Below are positions 29,960-45,862 of a stretch of DNA of 64,000 bases, one piece after another. The notes under the pieces were generated by a model. It searched no databases. It was not told where the DNA came from and saw nothing but the letters and a program-made list of their open reading frames with translations. Location: NCBI RefSeq assembly GCF_009914755.1, contig NC_060937.1. One strand, given 5' to 3'. The translations under genes were made by a program, and so were the position numbers. Within the stretch, counting starts at the first letter, position 1. Each line of letters opens with the position of its first letter. The DNA comes from the human T2T-CHM13v2.0 reference genome, Homo sapiens.

Positions 29960-30512
29960 TAGAAATGCTTGCTTTACAAAGAAACATACGTAGGGCAGCA
30001 TGTATCCTGAGGTTTCCAAAAGAGAAAAGATTTGTTCACAGGGGTAAGTTGAGGAGGCGGGAGAACAGCTCTCAAATCCACCTCCCTGCCGATAAGACTT
30101 AGGAATATTTTTGGGTTAGGAAGTAACAGGTTCATTTGTGCAAGCGTATTTGGGGTTCTTGGCACTTCATATGACATATATACAGAAGATGGCAGCTTTA
30201 GCATGATCTGTGGGTGGAGTTTTTTGGCCCTCTGGCTTCAAAAGGCCACCTCTCAGGCATTTGCGCAGGCCCACTTGAAGGGTTGGTGGTCTCAGCTGGT
30301 TTGAAGTGAACAGCAGCTGGCCCAAGTTTCTGAAAAACAGCTGAAGCCAACATTACCAGGAATGTCATCTGTAATGCAGCCAGTAATGGTTAAGTTTCAG
30401 TGTTCTGTGGCACGGCCTTCAACTTCATGGAAAAGGGACAAAAATAACATAAAGCAAGTGGCCAAAAGCAAGCAGAGCAGGCAGTTGTGATCAGATTAAC
30501 CTCTTGGTTTCA
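29960..30512 (-). mobile_element. ERV1 (MER4-group-like) LTR
   Basis: Ends ...gattaacctcttggtttca (TGAAACC start on minus strand); internal ctcaaatccacctccc and aaaacagctgaagc resemble MER4-group LTRs; left boundary uncertain. Confidence 0.5.
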
Positions 30513-31436
30513 CTGCTATGAACATCTGTATACAGGTTTTTTGTATAGAAATAGGTATTCAGTTCTCTTCAATACCTAGAAGTGGAATTGGTGAGTCATA
30601 ATGATAACGCTATCTTTAACATTTTGAGGAACTGTTGAACTGTTTTCTGAAGTGGCTTCATCATTTTACATTCTTACCAGCAATGTGCTAGGTTCCAGTT
30701 TCTCCATATCCTCACCAGCACTTGTATTGTCTGTCTTTTTTTACTATAACCATTCTGATGGGTTTGAAGTGGTATGCCATTGTGGTTTTGGTTTCCATTT
30801 CCATGATGAGTAAGGATGTTAAACATCTTTTCATGTGGTTATTAGCCGTTTATATATCATCTTTGGAGCAATGTCTATTCAGATTCTTTGCCCATTTTTG
30901 GATTGGGTTGTCTTTTTATTGTTGGACTATAAGTGTTCTTTATGTAATCTATATACAAATGCCAAATCCTATATGAGATATATTATTTGTAAATATTTTA
31001 TCCCATTCTGTAGGTTGTCTTTTCACCTTCTTTATAGTGTTTTTTTTTTTTAGCACAAATGTTTGTAATTTTGATAAAGTCTAATTTATCTGTTTTTTCT
31101 TTTGTCCCTTATGCTTTTGGTGCCTTATCTAAAAAATTACTGCCTAGCCCAAGGTCAAAAAACTTTACTCCATTTTCTTGTAGGAATTCTATAGATTCAG
31201 CTCTTAAACTTACGACTGTTATTTATTTTGAGTTATTGTTTGTTAATGGTGTGAGGTAGTTGTCCAACTTCATTCTTTTGCATGTTGATATATAGTTGTA
31301 CCAGTACCATTTACTGAAAAGACTATTCTTTTTCCTATTGAATTGTCTTGGTAACTTGTTGAAAATCAATTGACTAAAACAGAGAGGATTTATTCCTGGA
31401 CTCTCAGTTCTATCCCATTTATTTATACATCTATCT
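30513..31436 (-). mobile_element. L1M (MB/MC-like) ORF2 3' fragment
   Basis: Antisense L1: atacctagaagtggaattggtgagtc...gtccaacttcattcttttgcatgttgatatatagttgtaccagtaccatttactgaaaagac. Confidence 0.88.
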
Positions 31437-32019
31437 GCAAAATTATTTTAATAAAAACAAATAGTGAGCACATTAATCCAGTGTGAGTAATTCATGGATC
31501 CATTACTAAATCTTTGTGAAAAATAGAGAATGGAAAAGTATCTTTAATCCTGTTACTGTAAATGTTTTGCTGTATTTCCCTTGAGTAGACTTAGACCATT
31601 TAATTCCTTTACAACAGCTATTCCTACCTGTTTCTTTTTTTAACTCACTCTGCTCATGTTACTTCTTTTCCTGTGCACTCGAGAAGCCAGAAGTAACACT
31701 GCAAAGCACAATAACCCCTAAAATCACTTGTCTGTCTCACACACACAGGAAGAAAGGAATAAAGGGTAAATTTCCTTTTAATATTTTATGTTTTATTGTT
31801 CTTTTTTTCTACAGTAAGCTACTCATTTACTGCATCTGATACTGAGGCTCTACAGTAGCCATGCACTTTAGTCTGTCTCTTAAGACACTTTTGGAGATAT
31901 TTTCATCAGTGGTTTAAATCACAAGTTGCCTTAATTTAAAGACAAGAAAGAGAGCATTCTGAACAAAACATAAACATTTTTTAGCCCAAGTTCAAACTGG
32001 CTTTTTTGCTCCCCAAGAC

Positions 32020-32620
<601 letters not shown>

Positions 32621-33034
32621 CCCACAAAGACTTTTTATACCTGAAATACCTATTTAAAGTATATTTCTACTTAAAATTTTTTTTCATCTTTCAGATACAC
32701 TTTAATACCCATGTCTTAACTTTTACAAACCACTGTAACTTTATAAACAGAGATTACTTGAGAAGCAAACTGGCAATCCATATTTTCAGAGAGCTGAGAG
32801 GTTTTCCACAGAGCTGAAAGAGAACTAAGGAATACAAATCTCAGAAGGAAGAATTGCGTCCTACCTAAGAGGTAGGCATGAAGGACACATGCACTTTTTG
32901 CAAACTGTGCTGTTGAAATTTACACGCTACATCTTCAGTTGTCTGACTTGGACAATGACACTGCTTGTATATGAAATAATATTAGCTTAAAATTATTAAA
33001 CAGTGAAATACTGCTTTTAAAAGTGAGGTGTCTT

Positions 33035-33235
33035 CAAAGATGGGAACAACAGACACAGGGGCCTCTGAAATGGGAGAGGGAGAGGCCGCAGGTTAGAAAA
33101 ACTACCTGTTAGGTACTTGTGTTCACTATTTGGGTGACATGATCAATGGAAGCCCAAACCTCAGCATCTCGCAGTATACCCACGTAACAAACCTGTACAT
33201 GTACCCCCTGAATCTGAAATAAAACAAAGAATAAA
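33035..33235 (+). mobile_element. L1PB/late-L1PA 3' end, about 200 bp, with TSD
   Basis: gaaaaactacctgttaggtac...aaacctgtacatgtaccccctgaatctgaaataaaa; TSD aaaagtgaggtgtctt / aaaaatgaagtgtctt. Confidence 0.88.
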
Positions 33236-33264
33236 AATGAAGTGTCTTATCTAAAATGAAAATC

Positions 33265-33750
33265 TATATTGCTTTGCCCTTTCAAACTTAACATGTCCAA
33301 AAGAGAGCTGTTGATTCTTTCATCTCAACACTCGTTCTTCCTGCTTTGTCTTCCCCTGCCCTGTCCTTTCCCCTCCCTTTGTGATCCACCCCTGCTGAGC
33401 TTCCCACCTTTTGGCACCACGCTCATAATTCCTTATTATGCTCCAGCTGTATTGCCCTCTTTACTTATCTGAACAGGTGGCACTTTTCTTCCTCTAGCTG
33501 CTTTGCTCCCAAATGTTCTGTTCCCTTTTGAAAGGTTGGTGGGTCTCTCCTCTAGCTCACAACACCCTGTGTTCTTCAGAGCTCTGATGTTCTTATTTGT
33601 ACGTTTCCTTCTGTATTACTTGTGTCCTCACTGGTCCATAGGTGCCTTGGAGACAAGGATCCTATCTGTCTTTCCCCCTCAATCTCCAGCTCCTGGAGTA
33701 GAGCCTAGTCCATAGTTGGTGCTCCATAAATATGTGTTCAATAAATGATC
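33265..33750 (+). mobile_element. L2 3' fragment
   Basis: ttcaaacttaacatgtccaaaagagagct...gagcctagtccatagttggtgctccataaatatgtgttcaataaatga is an L2 3' end. Confidence 0.7.
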
Positions 33751-35453
33751 AAGCAGGAGTGAGTTATAACCAGAGGTCAAAACCCTGGGGCATCGGAGAA
33801 GACATGCATATGTGTCAAGTCGTAATTAATGTGTTGCCCCAGAGAGGACCATGTCAGCTGTCTGCTTCCTGGGGAGCTGGCTTCTGGCAGCTTCAACCAT
33901 CTAAATACAGTCAAGGAGAAAGTTGCATCAGTTCCATTTGTTTTTGTTTTTCCATTGGATTTTGAACCCCAGGAGAACAGTTGCCATAACAGCTTTCCTT
34001 CAGCTTTTGGTAGTCTCTAACCTCCATTCAATATTGACTACTGTGGGAAAAGCACTCTCTCTGAACGAGGCTTCTTACTGTTTCTGAATTTACCCATACT
34101 TCTAATCTTATTGCTAACTAATTTGTACAGAAGTCTGTTTCTTTAGATAGTAAGTTAAAGATGAGAATTTGAATGGAGACTGCTGATCTCGCTATAGGCC
34201 CATGCAGCCAGCTCCTGGCCACATCTGAAGGCTCAGCTGAAGTGGCCTTTCCTCGGGGAACCCTCCTTCAGGTCCTTGGCACATTTTACTGTCTTTAATA
34301 AATAGCACTGACTCCATTTGGGATGAAAAAAGCAAATATGCAGTCTGTTATTGGGCCCAGCCCCAATTTAAACATCTTGAGGGCAGAGAACATCTGTCTT
34401 TTTTTTTTAAGGAAAAAAAAAACAAAACACTACTCTATCTCCAAAACCTGATATGTACTCAATATTTAATAAAAATAAATTGAATTAATTAATCCTTTCC
34501 AACCTTACAGATATTTCTGATTGATAGATCCATTGTCCAGCAACAATAATATATGACTATGTCTATCTTAGTAAATAAATTTCTAAAAAGCTCAAATACT
34601 GGGACATGAATGGCTCACTGAGAGCAATAGGGTGTGGAGAAAGAGAGAGAGGGAGCGAGCAGAGGGAGCTGGATGTACACGCAGTTGCAGTCAGTCACTT
34701 GTTTCCTGAGTAGACTATTTGAGTTTTTGAACGGTTATTGGTGTGATTATGTCTATCCCATCAAATTGTTGATGAACTTTCCAGTTTTTTTTGGAAAATA
34801 AATATTAAAGGATACAATTCTGATTATGTTTATATTTCGTTTCATTTTGTTTTCAACTTACCCTGTGAATTTCGTCCATGATGTTATGGTATCTTAAGGG
34901 ATGAATCTAATACAGAATTATGCACAATTTTTGTCATTTGCCTCCCTTAAAAGAAAAAAAAAATGTCCATGACTATACTAAAAGATCCTGTCATCTTAAC
35001 TAAGAGGCAGCTGTTTCCCTGGAGTTTTTTCCCTCTTAACTATATCAGCTATACTGAGTGGGATGTAATCACATGATTTAAAATTGATAATTAGTGTGTG
35101 AAAGGCACTTGGCAATGAAATACATAGCAATATCAGTGACATAATTTTGGCAGCAGAAAAATGCTAAATATAATCCAAATGTCAATGTAGAAATGAAAAC
35201 AGTACTAGCTAGTCAATGATTTATATAATGTCTTGGGAAAATGAAGTCAATTGCATCAAATTTTAAATCAAAATAAAATATACTTTATTTAAAAGTTATA
35301 GAAGCTGGAGGCGTAGTATACGTGTGTGTTATGTGTATGTATATACAGTGTATGGATATATTTAATATCATTAAAAATGATTATCCTTGCCCCGGTTGTA
35401 CTTCTCTTCTATTCATAAACCCTAAAGAAAAGCTCTTTAGATTTTTCTTCTAG

Positions 35454-35753
35454 GGCAAGGCGCAATGGCTCACACCTTTAATCACAGCACTTTGGGAGGC
35501 TTGAAGTGGGTGGATTGTCTGAGCCCAGGAATTTGAGACAAGCCTAGGAACATGATGCAACTCCATCTTTACAAAACAAAACAAAACACACAAAAATTAG
35601 CCAGGCGTGGTGACATGTTCCTATAGTCTCAGCTACTCAGATAGCTGAAGCAGGAGGATCACTTGAGCCTAGGAAGTTGAAGTTGCAGTAAGCAATGATT
35701 GTGCCACTGCACTCCAGCCTGGGTGACAGAGCAAGACCCTATCTCAAAGAAAA
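35454..35753 (+). mobile_element. AluJ
   Basis: Diverged sense Alu dimer. Confidence 0.87.
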
Positions 35754-36339
35754 CCCAATTGTTTCTTCTGGAAGTTGTCTTCATATCTCTGAATATGTGT
35801 GCCTATTTTGCAGTATGCTAAATTTGGTTCATTTTAGACATTATCTTTTGACTTCCTGTTTCAACAGGTGAGGATTTCCCTCTCTACATTACAGCTTTGC
35901 CTCCTCTCCTTCTCCCTTCCCACATAGTTACATCTCTAATTTTAATTAATTCAGGGATCCATGATAACCTCTTTAAATTATGTAAATAATGTTCATTGTA
36001 GGGCTAAAAAGTATGATTTTTTTTTCTTTCTTGTTCAGGTTTCAGTTTTCTCTGTGGTTTCTAATGGCCTTTCTTTTTGTCTTTTACCCTAACTGCATCC
36101 CACATTTGTTTAATACTCTCAAGATGTACCATTATAGTATGTTTGTCTGAGTCTCTTGTCCCCCTTCCCCTTCCTTCTGAAGCACCCTCTCCTCCAGTCC
36201 CTATCTGGACTGCTTGCTCTCTAGGCTCTGCTTGCTGCTGGACTTCACTTCTCTTTGATGCTCTCCAGGAGGGCACCATTTCCTGGATTCCTTGTTTTCT
36301 TTATTCTTAGTTTCCTCACTCACATTCCTGAAGTATATG

Positions 36340-37020
36340 TATCAATAGATTCTTACTGTTACATCAGCAGTATATTTCTGAGACGTTGGATAGCCACAAT
36401 ATCTTTATTCTTTGATTATATTTGATTGGTAGATTAGCTGGGTATAAAATTCTAGGCTGAAATTCTTTTTCTGTCAGAATGCTATGTGTTGTTTAGCTTA
36501 CTTCTGGTTGATTGGAAACTCAATGCAATTTTGATTCTCCATCTTTGGCATTTAGATTCTATTTTCTCTTTATGTTTAGTGTTCTGAAATTTACAAAGAT
36601 ATGTGTTTTTGTGGATATCCTTTTCTTAATGCGCTTTCAATCTAAAGACTGGTTTCCTTTAGTCTGGGAAATTTTCTTCTATTATTTTTTGGTAATATCC
36701 TCCTTTGCATTTTCTACATTCTGTCTCTCTACAACTTAGTCATATATTTAACCTTCTGGGTTTACATTCTAATCTTATCCTTTTACTGTCTTGGATATTT
36801 CCGTGACTTATCTTCTAGGTCCTCTATTGAGGATTGGGTTTTTATACTCTCTTTTTAATTTTCAAGTTCTTTTTTATGTCTTTTTTTCCCTACAAGCATT
36901 CTGATCTTAGTTTACAGATGTAATATCTTCTCCTATCTCTTTGAGGATATGAAATAAAATTTATTTAATGTTTTCTTTTGTTCTCTCATTCATCTCTGTT
37001 TTCTCTGTGTTCTTTCTTGT
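36340..37020 (-). mobile_element. Very old L1M fragment
   Basis: gattagctgggtataaaattctaggctgaaattctttttc and T-rich antisense L1 character. Confidence 0.55.
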
Positions 37021-38912
37021 GAAAACTTCTCTTAAAAGCCCCAATGGGTGTGTTCAGTCTTTCTTTAATTAGCTCTTTTATTTATTAATTACATCATTTA
37101 ACATCCATCTAGTAATGCAAATATTGAAATACTGAATGGCTAATACATTTCAGATGCTAGTAAAAGTAACATATGTTCACAGTAATTTGACCCTGTGATA
37201 AAATGTGAGAGTTTTTTTCATGGCTTATCTCTTTTATTTTCCTTTCCTGGAAGAATTTCCAGAAAACAATAGAATTTCTGTTGTTATGAAAACAGTAGAG
37301 AACAAACTTGTTAGCAAATGTAGATAATGAAAAGCACTATCCATCTCCTTTAAATTCTGTTGTGGAAAGGGATTTTACACTGTGCAAATACAAAGAATAT
37401 TGTATTTTAACTATATATTTATTCATACTTGGATGATAATTAAGAGGACCTTCCATGGAATTAGCTGTGGATTTCTTTTCCAGGTGTTCATGATTGTGTC
37501 ATATATTCAGGTTAAATCAGACATTAGCCTATTTAGTGAAATTCTAATGTATACAAGCATCTGCAGCAATAAAATATATTTTGAGGATTTTACTCCTCAT
37601 AAAACACATTCCATGCTGTAATTATTTCCTTCAGCAGTTGCTGATTCCCTATCTATATTAGTATTCTTAGGCTTTTCAGCAGGATTGAAAAATATTTCTG
37701 TTGATTGTTCAGCTACTGTTCTGAAGTCATAAAAGTACACTTACAATAGACAACTTGCTATATCAATGCCTTAAAATTATTTTCAATAAATTATGGTATT
37801 TTCTGAATATTAATAATGCCATAATTAAGCATAAACAATAAAATGACCATGATAGTAGCTTGATTGCTAGGAATTTTTTAAGGCAATATTGCTTGTTCCT
37901 TCTGAAAATAAAAGCTGAGAGCAAAGAGAAAGGGGAAGGAGAAAGGAACAAGTATTCAAGAATGGTTTTCCACGTGAAACTGTGAGCTGAATGCACCAGC
38001 ATCATCCACCTGCAGCTTTCTGGGGCCTGGGAGGGACACGTGGTGCTGACTGAGAGGTGGGGCTCCTGGTGCTGTTTCCCATTTCTGTCCTTGCAGGGGT
38101 CTTAGTGCTAAGCCTTTTGCAGCAGCTCCTAGTGTGGGCCCTTGAGGAAGCTGCCACTTCTGAGTGCCAGAAACTGATAGCCGGGATTGTGGGGTCTAAC
38201 AGCTGGGACGAAGGGCCAAGGAGGAGAGTGCTTTTACCATGGGCGGCACAGGTTGGGCTTTGTTTGTCTCATGTCATTTTTGATCTGTTGGACAGACAGG
38301 GCTATTGAGCCAGCTTGACCTCTTCTGTAACCTCTTCCCCACTGCCATTCTCAGCAATGGCTCTGGAGGAGGTCATGCTTCCTGATTGTGGCCAGTCATG
38401 TCTGATGAAGTCTCTGTCCCAGAATAAATACTTACTTAGGGTTAAAATAGAGGAGCCATAAACTTTAGGTACCGTTTATGAAATGTATTGCAAAGTCCCT
38501 TTTCTTTGCTTCTGTCCTTGCCCTTGACCTTTAAGTGTTGCTGTCGCCCAGAGGCCCACCATGGATTTCCTCTTGCCTCCTTACATAAGTTCCCTTGCTG
38601 GAGACTTCCACTGCTGTGGTTATAGCATATTTGCCAATGTTACAAACATTTTTCTTATCAGAAACTCTCCCCTGAGCATCAGCCTTGTGCTGTGGATTTT
38701 TTCCTGGAGAGCCCACAGGTACTGTGCCTTAAACATACCCCCAAAATACATTCATCTACCACTTGGCGCTCTCCCTCCCGAGCTTCACCTTTGGTTGTGT
38801 TTGTTGCCATCTTTCCTGTCTCCTATCAGAAAATGCCTGGAGTCATTCTTTGCTGCCACCCTATATCAGGTCCATCAGCCAGGACCTCTCAGGATCTTTC
38901 TTCAAGACTAAT

Positions 38913-39005
38913 CCCAGCTGGTCTCAAACTCCTGGCCTCAAGTGATCCTCTTGTCTCAGCCTCCCAAGTAGCTGGGATTAAAGGCATGTACCACTGTTCC
39001 TGGCC
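38913..39005 (-). mobile_element. Alu monomer (FLAM-like) fragment
   Basis: gctggtctcaaactcctggcctcaagtgatcctc...ccactgttcctggcc. Confidence 0.85.
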
Positions 39006-39699
39006 CATGTGGGATTCCTGCCTCTCCTGACACTCCAGCCTGCTCCCAAACATTTCTGTTTAGGTAATTAACAATTATCTAACAAGTAATTAACAAATAC
39101 TTTCACAAGTCAGTGGTTAGGTTAGACTTACAAAAACTGTCAGTGAATCATGCTACCCCCCACCCCACTACCTTGATGTAGTTGCCCTGTGTTCCCAGTT
39201 GCTTTGAGAAAGCAGATTCAAGAGCAGAAAGCATTCCTAAGGACAGATGAACTTTCCACGAGAGTCCATTCGTAGTGGTCCACTTCCGTGGTACTCTGGG
39301 CCCTCCCTCCCCACCTCCCTCTCCAGAGCCCACATTTCCCAGTTTACAAAAGGAAGGAATACATCTCACTTCTTCAAGTCTTTACTGTGGTGTATGCATC
39401 ATGATACAAAAAATCTTAGGGATACAAACCAATGAGACAACATTTAGTGGAAAAAAAAAAAAAAGAAAAGACTGCCTATGTTTATTATATCTGGACCCTG
39501 ATAGGATATTTATCTTCTGTCAGGGAGTTGAGACAGTATCTATTCAGCTGTACAATACACCCTCTCACCATACACAATGGTCAGCGATACCTTGCTCCTG
39601 AGCAAAAGTCCAAAGAAACTGCCAGTGAGAAACATGGGAGGCAGCTGCCTCTGATATCGTGGAGACACCAAGGTCATGGCCAGACTGTTCATCAGATCC

Positions 39700-40500
39700 A
39701 TCTGTGTCTATGAGTGGAAGCTCAGAAGCAAAAGAGTCATCATGGCATGTTTATTAACATGTGCATTGTAGTTGAAATATGAAATCAGAGTCTTTTTTTA
39801 TGATTTAACTGATTGGTTAGAAAGTGAAGACAGAGGTGTTGTCAGAGTGTGGCAAAAATTTTCCAAAACTTGAATGAGCTAAATCTGCAACTGTAGGGTT
39901 TGAAAGAGCACTTAAGGCATGTGACACAGTGACTGTGATATGTTGGAGAGAACCTTTTTCACAAAGAATACAATGTGAGCAAGCTTAGCCCTGTGTGATA
40001 AGAGAAAACTATTTTATCAAATGGCAATGAAGTAGCAAGAGGCTATTACAAATGAAACAATTTTACTTTCCTCAAACTTTGCTGAGTGTACTGAGTGAAA
40101 AAAGATAAATCTAAATGAGACCATAGCAGGGATAATTAAAGGTCATTTGAAACTTCTTGGTATACCTCTAGATATACTTCTCAGAAGTTAAGAAAGTAAA
40201 TGATTCTTGTGACTAATTAACAACTATTTTCACTAGTCAGTGGTTTCTGTTTCTTTGCTTTTTAGAAAATTTAGAAAACGACCTAATCACGATGTCAGCA
40301 GATAGAAGATTTCAAATAACTTTGCAATACAGCACCATATTATTTTTGGCATACGGTTCAGAAGAAATCTAAAGTATTGATGGCTCTTGCTGTAATGAAG
40401 CTTTACATTCTTTTTAATGTGTGAACTATTAATAGATTTCTCAGGACTGAGATCTATAGAAATGAGTAATAGGAATAGAAATTAAAACAAAATTAAGTAA
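39700..40500 (+). mobile_element. hAT-Charlie transposase relic
   Basis: 39858-39899 translates IFQNLNELNLQL*G (Charlie/Buster motif IF.KLN.LNL.LQG); 40380-40480 resembles a decayed hAT dimerisation motif. Boundaries approximate. Confidence 0.65.
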
Positions 40501-40665
40501 GATTTCCATTTACCATTTCTGTGAAGTATAACAAGTGATCAATAAAATAAACAAAACTACATTAAATTATGGTAAAACTATATGTGTCAAGTGGAATGGA
40601 AAACGAGTTCAAGGTAGAAGGAATGATACAAAATTTTTGACTCTTCAAGAAATCCTTGTTTCTAT

Positions 40666-41099
40666 TCACACTAGCAAAGACACGGAATCAACCCAAATGC
40701 CCATCAATGATAGAATGCTAAAGAAAATGTGGTACATATACACCATAGAATACTGTGCAGCCATAGAAAGGAATGAGATCATGTCCTTTGCAGGGACATG
40801 GATGGAACTGGAAGCCATTACCCTCAGCAAACTAACGCAGAAACAGAAGACCAAACACCGCATGGGGAGCTGAACAGTGTGAACACATAGACACAGGGAG
40901 GGGAACACCACACACTGGGGCCTGTGGGGGTTGGGGAGGGAGAGCATCAGGAAAAATAGCTAAGGCACGCTGGACTTAATGCCTAGGTAATGGGTTGACA
41001 GGTGCAGCAAACCACCATAGCACATGTTTACCTATGTAACAAACCTGCACATCCTGCGCATGTACCCCAGAACTTAAAATAAAATTAAAAAAAAAAGAA
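40666..41099 (+). mobile_element. L1PA (about PA8-12) 3' end with A-tail
   Basis: KKMWYIYTIEYCAAIERNEIMSFAGTWMELEAI peptide; ...catgtaccccagaacttaaaataaaattaaaaaaaa. Confidence 0.92.
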
Positions 41100-41237
41100 A
41101 GTTGCCTAAGTATACAGCTAAGAGTAGGAGAGCCAGGATGTTAGCCAGTTGGTCTGACTCCAGAGTAAGGTCTTCAGGGCACTGCAAAGACATCAAGGAG
41201 TTCACAGTCCAGTGGGAGAGACAGGCAAGCCAGCCAG

Positions 41238-41446
41238 GATGATGATATATGATATGATATGATATGATATGATATGATATGATATGATATGATATATGAT
41301 GGTATGATATGATATGGTGATATGATGATGTGATATAATATGGTGATATGATCTGATGATATGATATATGATATGGTATGATATATGATATGGTATGATA
41401 TATGATGATACGGTATATGATAGGATATGATGATACGATATAATAT
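41238..41446. repeat. (GATAT)n pentanucleotide repeat, pure then degenerate
   Basis: About 10 perfect GATAT units followed by variant units (GGTAT, GATGAT, GATATAT). Confidence 0.95.
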
Positions 41447-41562
41447 GGCCTGTGATGAGGCTGTGGGAACAGAGAAAGGACACTGAATGGAATCTTGTGG
41501 AGGTGGGGAGATCATAGAAGCATTTCCAGAATTGAGGTTCTAGCCATGTGTCCCCAGTACCC

Positions 41563-41960
41563 TGTGATGGTTAATGTTATATGAACTTTACTGAGCCATG
41601 GGATGCCCAGGTATTTGGTCAACATTATTCTGGGTGTTTCTGTGAGGATGCTTTTGGATGAGCTTAACATCTAAATAGGGAGACTGAGGACAGCAGATTG
41701 CCCTCCCTAATGTGGGTGGGCCTCATCCCATCAGCTGAGGGCCTGAAGAGAGCAGAAGACTGACCCTCCTGTGAGTAAAAGTCCTCCTGCCTAGCTGCCT
41801 TCAAACTGGTACATCAGCCTTTTTTCCCTGCCTTCAGACTGGAACTGAAACATCAGCTTTTCCTGGGTCTCCAGCTTACAGACCCCCTCTGCAGATCTTG
41901 GGACCTGCCCACCTTTCTAATTGCGTGAATCAATTCCTTATAATGAATCTCTTCATGTGC
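41563..41960 (+). mobile_element. MLT2 (ERVL) LTR, 3' end lost after microsatellite
   Basis: tgtgatggttaatgttatatg...gggatgcccaggtatttggtcaacattattctgggtgtttctgtgagg...gattgccctccctaatgtgggtgggcctcatc. Confidence 0.85.
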
Positions 41961-41971
41961 TCACACATACA

Positions 41972-41972
<1 letters not shown>

Positions 41973-42004
<32 letters not shown>
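41973..42004. repeat. (AC)16
   Basis: Direct reading. Confidence 0.97.
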
Positions 42005-42006
<2 letters not shown>

Positions 42007-42221
42007 ATTAAGTGCTTGTTAATGTCTTTTTAAAAGTGGGTTGTGATGAATATCTGTGGTATTTAGAATCCATTAGCCACATTAAAAAGTGATGTAAATT
42101 TATTTTATAGTTTTAATATTTATAATATGCCAGAAATTATATCTTTTACAACTATTTATCCTTATCATTAAAAATTTTAGATGTTACCTAAATGCAAATA
42201 TGTAGAGATTGCATTGAGTCT

Positions 42222-44090
<1,869 letters not shown>

Positions 44091-45535
44091 CATATTGAGA
44101 TAGTTTTTGAGATTTGTAGATACATGGATCTTTAGATTTCTCTTAGGGAATGTGTGTACAGCTGCTCATGTATTTGGAGAATTCATGTCTAGTGTCCTTC
44201 ACGGTCTGAATCCAGCCCTCTTCTCTCACTTCATTTTCCTTGTTCCAGCCACCTGGCAGCTCACACCTGCTAGGCTTTTGTACAAGTTGTTCTCTCTACT
44301 TTCAGTGCCCCTTCTCCCCGCACCCAGTTGCTGAATGGAATCTGATACTTCAAGACCCAGCCCAAGTGGCCACCACATTTGGAAAAGTTGTGCTCACTCC
44401 TCCAGACGTAACCTGTTTCTTCCTCTCCTGTGTTCCCAAAGAACTTTTCTGCACTTCAGATACGTCCCATGCCTGTCCCCAAACAGAGTGAATTGTTGGA
44501 CAGAGATGGTGTCTCACCTTTGCAACTCCTACCCATAGCACAGAGCAAAACTTGAAGCAGGGCCTTAGTAAACAGTTCAGTAACTGAATTTTTAAAATAT
44601 ATATATGTGATTCTTTCCTTATAACCCTCCCCTGGGAGAGTAGACAGACCTTTCGCTCTACTTTCCAAAACCAGAAAATGAGACACAAAGCAAGTTCACA
44701 CCTTGCCCAGGCCACAGGCTCACTGTGGCTGATGGGAATAGAGGGATAGCATCAGAATTCTCTTCTGATGATCCTAGTCTGTGCAGCCAGGCACTAAATC
44801 TTACTGTCAATAAGTTAAGGGTGTGACTTTATTGGTTATAAAACACATGTTCTCAAATATTTGCCATAGATCCTGTCCATAAATGAAGTGATCTTATACA
44901 TATTTCTGCTACCCCTTCCATAATAGACCCCCTGCCACTGTTCCAACACCAGGAGGTTGGAAACAGCTGTGTCATTAATGAACGACAGCAGATCCTAACC
45001 AGTGACCTCCAGATGAAAGGCTCATTATTTCCTTACTGGTCTCAAGAGCTATTCAGTCCCCTAGCAAGCCAGCTCAGAATTTGGACTGAAGAGTCTAAGC
45101 CTTGAACTATAAAAAAAATTTACGAAGTCCTTGACACAATTTGGAGCGATTATGTTCTATTGTGCCAAGAATTTCTTATTAAAAATCAATTTAATTGTGC
45201 ATACCCCATCTGGTCGGTATTATGGTCTTTTATGGGGGGGGGGGGAACACGATTTTGTGTTTACCTGATGTTCCATAGAGTAAGCATGTAGTTTTGCAGA
45301 AACAGAGACATTTTATAACGCTGAGAAATGAGTAATTAAAGAAAATTTTTAAATGTTTACCAGACTTCTTTTTACTAACTTTTGTGACTTTGAGCTATAA
45401 GATTCAACTTTCTTGCGTTAGTTGGGATTTTAACGGAAAAGAAAATGCCAGACTAAAGTAAAAAATGTATGTGTGTACCTCATCTGCTACATTTATTTCC
45501 ATGTAATAATTTCTATTTTATACTCTCGAGATTAA

Positions 45536-45862
<327 letters not shown>

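Noticed and set aside
34640-34715. GA-rich, 5'UTR-like stretch (gagagagagagggagcgagcagagggagc)
   Set aside because: Short low-complexity sequence with no CpG island, ORF or splice donor to support an internal promoter.
38033-38052. REST/NRSE-like site (TCAGCACCACG on minus strand)
   Set aside because: Only the left half matches; the right half GACAG is absent at canonical spacing.
41174-41515. 113-aa I/S/Y/H-rich ORF
   Set aside because: Translation of the (ATATC)n microsatellite.
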